Source of the DNA: Candidatus Omnitrophota bacterium
GTDB lineage: Bacteria > Omnitrophota > Omnitrophia > JAHJGZ01 > JAFGJY01
DNA: 44,050 nucleotides
Direction: 5' to 3'
Assembly: GCA_016928875.1 (NCBI GenBank)
Contig: JAFGJY010000034.1
Location: 1-44,050 of the forward strand
Below, piece by piece: positions 31,401 to 43,400 of the stretch. The notes under the pieces are model-generated. The model made no database searches. It was not told the origin of the DNA and was given only the letters and a program-made list of their open reading frames with translations. The position numbers and the translations under genes are program-made. Position 1 is the stretch's first letter. Each line of letters begins with the position of its first letter.

Positions 31401-34400
31401 CGGAGCCCCAATGGCCGCGATGTCCTTGGCATAGGCCAGGGCTTCTCCGAATACATCCGGCTCCATGATCAGCGTTATTAATTCATCAAAAATATCAATA
31501 TCATCAAAAATGCCCGGATATTTACTAAAAATAATGTTCTGACGATACCGGTCATCTTTGATGAGATCGATCGCGATCTTGAACCTACGTATATATTCAT
31601 ACACGTCGATCTTGTCGTATGTCTTCCATTTCTGTAATTCCTGGATCCACAACGTCACGGTATCCGGCCCTCTGGTCGTTACGAACTGCGCCATGCCGAG
31701 CAGGACCGCAAGCATTTTTGAATCAGCGCGCGCTTCTTCTTTCGACGCACGGAGATCATTGCTTACTTTTTGGATAAAATCAAACGGCGATGTATTGCCG
31801 TCAAAAACCTCGTCTATAAGATCCTCCCCCAGCAGCGGTAACAGATAATCTTTAATGACAACTAAGGCGTCAATATAATCGTCAATATACCACTGCGGTA
31901 TTTCAATGATCTCGGAATCCAAGCCATTGACATAATCAAGCGGATCCTTATAAACGAACAAAAGCCCCGCATCCTTTGTATCCAAAACCATATAATACGC
32001 GGCACCGAAGAGCAGGCCTGATATCATAAAATCCGTGTACAGTTCGGCTCCCACCTTCATTTCGGTGCTCAACATCCTCTCCCTGAAGCCCTGCAAACCG
32101 TTAACCGGATTACCATACACGGCCAAGAACCGCGGGCTGTCAAGAAGCGCGAGCACCACTTTCACCTGCCGCATATATTCGTTAAAAGAGAATATACGTG
32201 CCGGATCGTTCTCGTAATCATATAAGACTATGTCGCCCGTGGATGAATCAATGAACGGTTTCTTGATGAAATGCACCCCATATCGGCCGCTCACCTCGAT
32301 CGGATCTCCCGGTATCTCGACGATCTCGGCAACGCTGAAATAGATACCCTGGACGACCGCATTACGCACTATTTTCTCGTCATTGGCACGATCATCATAG
32401 GGAAGCTTGGTCGGGAAATGATCATATAAACGCGTAAAATCGTTATCTGTCTGGCCTGGCTGAACTCGTTTAAGTTCCAATACAACACGCACCCGGCGCA
32501 CGTATTCGTCGATCTGTATCGGCTGTATCCACGTCTCGCGGATAAGCGCCCCGGTCTGCGAGCTGTACAGTCTCAGCGGGATCGCGCCGCTTACCTCATG
32601 GGCAATCCCTGGATTGACCCGTTCTATATCGCCCTGCATCAATTCCACGATGGCGGCAGCACCAAAATATGCGCCGATGCGATACTGAATATCGTATTGT
32701 CGTATCCTATACTCACGCAGCGGGTCTGCCGCATCCGGATAGCGCGCGTTAGCAGCTTCCAGCATTTCCTGCGTTGTCGGGAATGTCCCGAACAGTTCCG
32801 CGAAAGCGCTGTAGCGCGGATTATCCCGCAGTTCAAGGATGACCTCAAGACGGCGGTTATATTCTTCATAGGTAATCGCATCCATGAATGATTTCGTGTG
32901 CGTGCTCGGGCCGGTATAATCACGCAGTTCGATCGGACGGCCTAATTGGTCTATCTCGGTCTGTGTTTCGTACACGGTCGCGGCTGCGGCAAAGTAACGG
33001 CCGCTCTCGACCGCTATCTTGCGCCGCGCGTCAAAGCTCCCCCTGTTCTCAAACGTGAGTGGCTCAGGGAATTCACCAAAAAGCTTTATAAAATTATCAT
33101 TTGTTCTCAGTTTATTGACGATCGCTACGCGCCGCATATATTCATCGAACTGTATCGGCTCCTGCCAGGTATTGTATTCAACGATAATGTTGCCATTGTC
33201 ATCGTAGGTCCGTAATGGAACCGTTTCCTGACCGCTTATGGCCTGGATATCGCCTTTGTTAAGCTCAACGATGCCTGCTACCCCGAAATATGCGCCGATA
33301 CGTACTTGCCGATCGAACCGTTCACGTTCGATCTGATCCTGAGAGACATCTTCACCCGGCATCTGTATCATCTCTTGAACGGTCGGGAACGTTCCAAAGA
33401 GATCTATAAACTCGTCTGATGATTGCCCATCATAACCCTTGATCAACGCGCATACGACCTTGAGTTGACGCTCGTATTCCTGAAGCAATATCGGCTCGAT
33501 CCAGGTCACGTAATCAACAGCTCCGGTCTCCCAATTGAAGGTCGTAAGCTTGATAGCTGTCTTTGCATCATTCGCGCGTTCACTATTAGTCCGCATGATA
33601 TCACCACGTTGCAATTCAACCATGCTTGCAATAGCAAAGTATCCGCTTATGATCGTATTACGCGCATAGAGGTCCTCATCGCTTATATCGTTAGTAAGAG
33701 TATATTTTCTATATTCACCAAAAAGTTCTGTAAAATCGTTTTTCACGCTTTCTTTGAGCGGTAATAAACTTTTAATAACCGCCATACGGCGGATATATTC
33801 GGTGATATTGACCGGTAAATAATAATTGGTGTTCTTGATAACTGCCCCACCGTCAACTGCCTGTTGACCATTAATGCTCTTGTATTTCTTATACTCTCTG
33901 AACCTCACCGGTTGATCAGGATCAAGTTTAAGCGCGGTATACGAATCGTCGTATACTAATGCAGCAACAGAGAAATAGCTCGCCACAATGATCTGACGCA
34001 GTCTTTCATTGTCAAAATCGAGAATGCTGTATTTATCGACGTTACCGTACAATTCAAGAAACGTCTCATCCTTAAGCAGTTTATCGATGATATCGAGACG
34101 GCGCTTGTATTCTTCTATTTCAGTTGGCAGGAAGCGGCTCACTTCATTTAAGAAGGCCGGTGTCTGGCCAAGCACAGGATTATCAGCTGCCCTATATTTC
34201 TTATATTCAGCGAACCGCACAACTGTATCAGCATTGACATTCCCAACTCCCTGTTTATATACCAACGCTGCGGTCGACATATAGGCCGCGATGATGACCT
34301 GGCGCGCTTTCTGGTCTTGTTCGTTAAGCGCATCTGCCGCATACTTATCAAGATCACCATACAACCGTTTAAAGGTCGCGTTCGTGATCAGCTCATCGAC

Positions 34401-37400
34401 AATGCCAAGCCGGCGTTTGAACTCAGTGAGGTTAACCGGTAAGAACCAGTTCACTTCATCAATGACCCGCGGCGTATTATCCTTCGTCAAGTCCCCATCA
34501 TCCTTTATCGTGTATTTCTTGAACTTCACAAATTCGATCGGTTCCTTGCCAAAATCAGGATGGGTCTTTTCATCATAGACAAGCGCGGCGGTTGAGAGAT
34601 ATGCCGCAACAACAATACCACGTTTCTTGATCAATTCATCCCATAGCGATGGGTCCTGCTTAAGGATATCGTCGATGTTCGTGAGAGTACCGTAGAGTTT
34701 CGTAAAGATCGTGCTGATGTTGCTATCGTTCATAAGATTATCGACGATAGAAAGACGGCGTTTGAACTCACTGAGTTCAGTCGGCAGATAGTAATTCACT
34801 TCTTCGAGCACTTTCGGCGTATTGGCAAGCGTCAACTCACCGTTCTTGGCAATAGTGTATTTCTTATACTGGGCAAAGCGTATCTCTTTATACTTCCACT
34901 CAGCATCACTGCTGACATCCTTATCATAGATCAGCGCCGCTGCCGAGAAATAGGACGCGATAATGACCTGGCGCGCTTTTTGGACCTTCTCGTCGGTCGA
35001 ATTGATCGCATATTTATCAAGATCGCCATACAGCGTCTTGAACGCCGGTTCTGTCATGAGTTCTTTAATAATAGCCAGCTGGCGTTTGTATTCCTTGAAA
35101 CCGGTGCGTAAGAACCAATTGACCTCTTCCAGTACTTCAGGATAGTCGGTGATCGGGTTTTCGGCCGTGCCCGTATATTTCGTATATTTGACGATACGGA
35201 TCGGCTCATCGCCGCCGGTCGGATCGGCAGTCTCATCATAGATCAGGTTTGCTGTAGCAAAATATCCGGCAAGCACAATGCTGCGCTCATCCAAGAGCGC
35301 TTCCCATTCAGAGCGCGGACGACTGAAGATATCGCTCAGGCTCCTGAGTGTTCCATAAAGGGCCTGGAAGGTCGCGGAAACATTGGGATCATTAAGGATG
35401 TTGTTGAACACCGTTATCTGACGCATGTAATCCTGGAGCTCGGTCGCCATGAAGCGATTGACCTCGATCAGTTTCTCGCCCTGATCGACTGCCGGTGCGG
35501 CCGGATCATCGCTCGTATAATTCAGATATTCCTTAAAGATCACCGGCTTGTCTATGTCAAAGCCCGCAACGTTACTTTCATACACCAGAGCCGCTACCGC
35601 GAAATAAGATGCAACGACAACCTGACGGGCCGCTTCTTTGGCTTTATCTCCAAGAGGATAATCAGAAAGCTTACCGTAGATCGCCGTGAAATCATCGTTC
35701 GCTATCAGCTGGCCGATAACATTGAGCTGGCGAGTATATTCGGTCAGGCCGGTCGGCACATAACGATTTACGGACTTAAGGGACTTGCCCTGGTCAACGG
35801 CCGCCGCATTCGGATCATTGCTTTCATATTTGAAATATTCGTAGAACACCACAGGATTATCCAATGACAACAACTTCGCTGTGTAGGTACTGTCAGAGAC
35901 AAGGGCCGCAGCCGCGAAATAGCCGGCAACGACAGCCTGACGTGCTTCCTTGGTCTCGGCATTCCCCAGCGCATAATCATTGAGGTTCCCGTAGATCTTA
36001 AGGAATGTCTCATTCTTAATGAGCTTGCCGATCATGTCCAAACGGCGTTTATACTCTTTCAGCTCCGTCCCCTGATAGCGGCTCACGTTCTTCAAGACCG
36101 GCTCATCGACGACTTCGGCTGTTGGGAAATATTCCTTGAAAACGACCGGTTCTGCAGCGTCGAACCGTGTATCGCCGTCTGCATAAATAAGTGCTACTGC
36201 CGTCATATACCCGGCGACCGCATCACTGCGAGCGTCCCCTGTGAGGGTTGCTATATCGCCGTACAATTGTTTGAAGATCGGCGCGACAGTCTCGTCATTA
36301 AGGATATTGACGAGAACCTCAAGACGGCGTTCGTACTCAGACAGCTTGACGCCGAGGAAATAATTGACCTTGACGATCACGGCTTCATCATTGCGCTCCT
36401 CGAATTCAATGAACGGGATCGGCTTGTCCGTCACTTCATTATCCTCGAAAACGATCGCGGCAACGCCGAAATACGTTCCGACCGCCTCGCTCACCGCGCG
36501 CTTGGCCTCAGCATTATTGCGGTCTTCATACGACACCTGTTCCGGAAAGGCGCCGAAGATAGCAACGAAATTCTCGTTCGCCTTTAATTTATTGGCGATC
36601 TTCACCTGGCGGATATATTCGCTCAAAAGTATGGGAACCTGCCAGGTCGTGGAAATGATCTCGCCGGCCTCATTATATTCGCGCAGCGCCACGACATCCT
36701 TCCCCGTCGTTTCCTTAATATCACCTTTACTCATCTCGATCATCCCAGCGACCCCGAAATAAAGGCCGATCCGCTGCTGTATCTCAAAACGTGCAATCGC
36801 CCCTTCTTCGCCCGGCATCGCTTCCGCAGCCCTTATCTCCTCTATCGTCGGGAAGGTCGCATTGAAATCGCCGACCGTGAAGAGTTCCGCGAACTTTTCT
36901 TCGTTCTTCAGCGCTATGACGACATTGACCTGGCGGATATATTCATCGAGCGTTATCCCCTCAACGTATGTTGTCGTGTATTCCGTCGCACTCGTATAAT
37001 TCTTAAGCGCGATCGCGCCTTTTATCTCCGCCTGGGTCTTAAAAACGATACCTGCCACGCCAAAATAGATACCCACCTGTATCGCGTCATCCGGGTTAAA
37101 CGTATCATCCAAACCGTACAATGTCTTGAAGGAGGCGTATTTCTGATTATTAACAAGTTCCGTCACGATCGCGACCTGACGGACATATTCCGTAAGGCTC
37201 AGCTGCTCCATCCACGATTCTTTAACGAGATTCCCGTTCTCATCGAATTGCATAAGATGAACGACATCGGCCGTGGCACCTTCCACACTGTCATCATACA
37301 GCATCGCCGCAACGCCGAAATACCGTCCTGTGGTCGTCGGATTATCAGGATCAAATCCGGCGCCGAGTTGATACAACGCCCTGAACTGATCGTATTGTTT

Positions 37401-40400
37401 GTTTGACAGATCCGACAACTTGCTCACTATATTTACTTGGTCTTCAAAATCATCAAGTTCTATCTGCATCATCCAATTCGTCTTAACAAGATTGCCCGAT
37501 GGATCGAATTCCTTCAGATTGACCTTGCGCGGTTCTGCCTGAACTGTTTTATCGTAAAGGATACCGGCAACGCCGAAATAACGTCCCACTTTTATTGGAT
37601 CATCAGGCTTAAAGCCGGTGCCGAGGTCATACAAGTCGCGGAAGGGAGCAAAGCGATCATCGTTCACCAATTTCGTGACAATGGCAACTTGGGCCTTGAA
37701 CGAACTGAACGCGATCTGTTCGAGCCATGTATCTTTTATCGGATTTCCATTATCATCGAATTTTATAAGATGTACCATCTTGGGCGTCGCACCGGCAACA
37801 CTGTCATCGTACAGCAGCGCAGCGACACCAAAGTAACGGCCGACCTGTACCGCATTATCCGGATCATATTCTTCAGGTAATTCGTATAACTGCCTGAATG
37901 GTTTAAAGTCGGGATCTCTAGCCAGACGCACCACCACATTCGCCTGATTTGCGAAATCATTCAGTTCGACCTGCATCATCCAAAATCTGCTTGTAACGTT
38001 CGTCGGCGAATCATAGGCCCTCAATTCTATCGGTTCTGTCGGCGCTGACTGAACGGTCCTGTCATAAAGGATCCCGGCAACACCAAAGTAACGGCCAACG
38101 CTTATAGGATTGGTTACAACAAATTCTCCTATAAGGCTGCGGTAACCATCAAATCTCCGATCATTGATGAGGACTTGCACGATGTGAGACTGGCGTGCAT
38201 ATTCACTCAATGCGATCGCCGGATAAAATTTACTCGTAGAACTCGTCTCGGACGTATAGGCCTTCAGCTCGACCGCCTCGGTTGGCAAGCTCCCGTCCTG
38301 ATAAACAAGGGCCGCGGCACCAAAATACGAACCAACCACATCCTGATCAGCCGCATTCCACGCACCAAAGAGATTGGCATTGCGCAGATCAGCGAACCGC
38401 GCCTCACGCGCAAAGGCGCGCACGATCGCAAGCCGGCGTTGATATTCGGCGAGCGATATCCTTTCATAATAATTCCCTTTTTCTGTCCTTAATACGCCGG
38501 TCCCGATAAAATCAACGGCACCGAAATAGCGACCGATACTCTCGGCATCACCAACAGTAAATTCACCAAATAAATTTATAAAATTCGGGTCATTCTTCAG
38601 TTCATACACCGTAGCGCATTGAGCGAGATAATCCTCAAGCGGTATATTATGCTCTTGGATATATCCGGCTGCTCCAAAATAGACGCCAACGGTCGTTGCA
38701 TTGTTCGGGTTCCATCCGCCATAAACCGCGGCAAAACGGCCGTTCGGGAATTTGGTCGTATCTGGGTTGTTCACATCGTCAATAAGATCGCGCACCATAC
38801 CGCATTGATCGAGGTATTGCGCTGCCGTCATCCCGTGCGACTGAATATATCCGGCAGACCCGAAATAGACGCCTACCATATTCTGATCGTTCGCATTCCA
38901 AGCTCCGAAGAGCGAGGCAAAACGGCCCTGAGGGAACCGATCAGTGTCAGGATTGCCCTCATCTTCAATAAGTTCAAGCACGATACCGCATTGATCGAGG
39001 TATTGCGAAGCTGTCATCCCGTGCGACTGAATATACCCGGCAGCGCCGAAATAAAGCCCAACCACAGCAGGGTCATTCGCATTCCAGGGCTTTTCAAACA
39101 ATGCCACAAAGCGGCCGTCCGAGCTCAATTGTTGAACGATGGCGCACTGCTGGAGGTATTGATTGACGTATTCGTCAACTGGTATATTATTTGTCGCGGC
39201 AGTTTTCTGGATATTCCCCGCGGCACCGAAATAAACGCCGATCATCGTCGTGTTGTTCTGGTCCCATACTCCAAAAAGGGTAGAAAAACGGCCGGCTGGA
39301 TCTGATCTCAATTTCTGAACGATATCGCACTGCTCCAAATATGCCGGTGCCGAGACGCCATGTGCCATATTGTAACTGGCAGTCCCGAAATAGATGCCGA
39401 TCCTCGTTTGATTGTTTCTGTCCCACGTCCCAAAGAGAGTAGAAAATCGATTTTGCTGGTCCGCTGCTAAAGTGTGTACATATGCGCATTGTGCAAGGTA
39501 TGTTGATGGCGATATATTATGCGACTGAATATACCCGGCAGCGCCGAAATACTGGCCTACACTAGCGGTATTTGTACTACTCCATACGCCATAGAGATAT
39601 TGAAAATCAAGGTTACTTCTAAAATAATTCTGAACCCAGTCGGCTTGCTCAAGGTAATTATTGACATTCGTCAGATAATTGCCCGGTAATCCGCTCAAAT
39701 AATTGACGAGATTGAGAACAGTCGTCTGATGCTGAGCAGGCCAAGTGCTGAACGGTACTCCTATGTAATTCTGCATGCCAAACAACGTCATATAATTCAC
39801 ATCATTGATCAATAACACAAAGCCCTCATAGATCTCGTCAAAGCTCAAAGCACTGGTAGTGATCTCATCGCTCACGGCTGTCGCGCTGGCTGCAAGTTCG
39901 GTCTCAGCCGCGGCAGTACTCGTTGCCGTTGCCGCTGCCGGTACGGCCGTCGCTGCCTTTGTGGTCGGAGAAGCTGTGGCTGATTTAGCGGTCAACGTCG
40001 GTGCTGTCATTAATAAAGGACTCGTGCTGGTATATGCTGCCGTTGATTTCAGACTGCCGCCCGAAACCGCGGGTGCTGTACTCGTCAGGTTGCCGCGCCT
40101 GATCAGCACCTTCATAAGCTCGTTCGTCGTCTCTTCATCCTTATCGACGTTCGTCTTGAGCTTCTGGAATGCCATCAGGTTGATGAACAACAGTTCACCG
40201 GTCAGCTGGTTTTGTTCAGCCATTGAGCTGAATAACGCGCTCACGCGGTTTCTGTCGATCAGTTCTCCATCTTTAACAACGCTCCTTGTTATTGCATGAA
40301 GGGTGTCATTGACCCCCTTCATGCCGATGGCGCCGCGACCGATCGATGCATTGTAGTTCTCCGGGAATATCTCTCTCAAAATATCATTACAAACACGGAC

Positions 40401-43400
40401 ATTTTTAACATAATTCTCATACGTGCCGCCCCCTTGATAGAGACGTTTGGTGATGAAGGTATGCATGATACTACGATAGTATGGATTATTAACTGCCATA
40501 TCGTCAGATGAAAAACCATCAAAGATATTATTTTTGATCAAGTCGTCAGCGACCTGGATCGCGGCTTCGTAATACTTACTATCCGCGTTCTTTGCCAAGG
40601 CATAGCACGTTTCCGCCCACAGGTCATCAAGGTCCTCGGCTACCGTCATATCCAGACCTTCCGTGCGGCCGTATAACGCCTCGACCGACGGTTTGATCTC
40701 TGCCATGCGCGCGATGAATCTTGCGGCACTGAACGATATCTTGGTAGTGCCGGCTATCCAGCGTTCGGTCATCTCTTTCAGTAAGGCTTCCTGGTCCTCA
40801 AGCGTGAGCCCGGAGAGGAGATCTGCTGTAGCGAGCGCATCCTTCATTTCCCGTAAATAGGTAATGTAGGTATCATCAGTGACCGTCATACCGTTCACCG
40901 TAAACCCTTCGCCCAGGGCGATCTGTACAGCCAAAGCTTTTGTATTGACCGCGCCGCTGACGATCGGTTTGCTCTTTGTCGGAGCAATATCCTTGATATC
41001 ATTATGTATCTTAGCGAGTTTCTTTATGAAAGTACGGTAATTATCCCCGTTGTAAGTAGCAGTTGTATGAATGGCGCGCGAGGCGTATTTAAAGAGGGTG
41101 TTGATCGCTTGAGGATCATCAAGCAGGCCGGTAGCAGGAATGATCTCGAGCGCTATGAGATCATCCTTAAGCGACTTCATGGCCGTAAGAATACGTAATT
41201 GCTGTGTTTTATCCTGGACCGAGAGGCGTGTAGCAATATCAAGCATGGTCCTGATAAACCGCTCTTTATTCTCGGCTGATATCGTGATACCGAGATCATT
41301 AAGGACGCTGGCCGCATTCCGCACGTCCTCTTCCTGCACGCCATATGCCGCGACCTGGAATACCGGCGCTTCCGTGTTAGTGGCATTGCGCATCGAGAAG
41401 TCAATGCCTTTTCCGTCAAATACCTTATCAAGCACTATTTTTGCCTGCGCCATGTGTCTGATGAATTCAACCATTTCCTCCGGCTTGTAGCCCGCGTAGC
41501 TCGCAATGAACGAAAAATCTTTGCGGCCATTGTTCACGGCCACTCCTTGTATCGTCCTTAATTCGGCTTTCAGCGACGGATAGTCGGCGGCAAAGCTGAC
41601 CAATGATGTCGCCACAAGCGCACTTCCCTTCTCGCGGAGTTGTGTTATCGTTAACGCCGCGATAAAGAGGAAATCGAAATCCTGTTCATTCGTCAGATCG
41701 AACCCGCTCGTATCGATCTCGCTTATGACCGCGAGAATGCTCGTCAATTGTTCGCGGCTTAAGCCGCCCGCATCCAGCAAGCCGGGCGTAATAAAACGGG
41801 CAAAGGCATCGATCGTCTGATAATCGTTCATCGTAGGTGTGTGGCCCAATATCTTGGTGAAATTCACGTCTCTTAGTAACGCGATCATGTTCTCAAAATG
41901 AGCGACCACATTCTCATCGCTCAGTTCTTCAACTTTGGCAGCCGCCCACGCGAAGTACACGTCACGGCTCGCGCTGTCCTTTAACGCGTCGATCATGCTC
42001 AAGGCTGTATCGCCTAATGCAACGCGAATGGTGTTCAGGTATGGATTGAACGTACGAACATACGTAATAAATTCCTCAATATCTTCGACATCGGCAAGTT
42101 CTTCAAGGATAGCGATCGTTTTGTTCTTGACCTGCACCAGTTCATCAGAGGTAAGCGCGCGGGCCTCATCATTCCGCATGAAACGCGCGACTTCCTGCGT
42201 GGTTCTGAGGACATCTTCTTCCGTCGCTTTTGTAATGCCTTTTTGTTTCAAAGCGCTCACGACCTCAGCTGCCCATGTCTGCCAGCGTTGCATGGTTATC
42301 GTATCCTTGCCGAACGGCTTTAAGAGATCAAGCGTCGTATTCTCGATATCCTCGATCGAGACTTTCATCGATACCATCTTGGTGATCAAGGCCTGCACTT
42401 CTTCCTTCTTGAACTCGCCGAAGGTGATCATGCTTTCCCAATCGAAGAGCAGCGACGAGTCTTCCTGCCGCGTCACATCGAGCTTGTATAGCGGATCTGA
42501 ACTTAATTTCGGAAGTTCATCCATAAGCCACAGCCGCGTTTCGATAATGCCTTTGACCTTCTCGGCACCGTCTTTCAGGCCGAATTGATACGCGTTAACG
42601 GCCCAATATATAAGCTGCAGTTTGTGCTCCGGATTCTGTAAGGACACCTTATCGACCCCCAGATACGCGCGCACATATTCCGCAACATCGGCCATCATGC
42701 GCATAATATCCTCGGCTTGTTTCAGCGTAAGCCGGCCCTCGCTCACGAGTGCGTTCCAGAACATCAGTTCTTTTTCTATATCAGGGATGGTCACCGCAGC
42801 CGCGGCACCCAGTAAATAATCCATCGCGCTCTGAAGCCCCTGATCGGCGATCTCGGTATCCGCAACATAAAGGTCAGCCGTAATATCTTCGGCGATCATC
42901 GTTACCAGCCGGTAATGCTGGCTCCGTTGATCAACTGTCCGGTTAACGCGTTCCGTGAAAGCCGTACTACCCGCGTTCGTCGTTACTTCAACGTTCTGGC
43001 GCGTGCCATTGACCGCTTGCTCCATATTGACATAATCACGATGAACACGTTCGATCTTGACCAGCAGGTCTGCAAGCTCTTTCTGCATCGTCTCCAGCTT
43101 CTTCAGGACCTTTTCGTTCTCGTCATTGATCCCGCCGAGTTCCTCCACTATGGAAGCGATCGCCTGCTGGGTCAACTTGATCTTATCACCGATGATCGTC
43201 ATCTGATATTCATACGCCGCAACGTACGCCGCAAATTCTTCGTCGGCAAGCTGCTCGAATTTCATTATCTTATTGAACACCTCGCCGCGGTATTTATTCC
43301 ATTCGATCAGCTCTTTGTGGATCTTATCGAGCGCATCTGACTCTATACCGGCCGTACCTGATATACCTATAAGAGAATTCGCAACGCCATTGACCGCATT

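Noticed and set aside
38797-39551. Near-identical DNA repeats as a DGR template/variable pair
   Set aside because: Mismatches are not adenine-specific, both copies are in-frame coding units of the protein repeat, and no reverse transcriptase is in the window.
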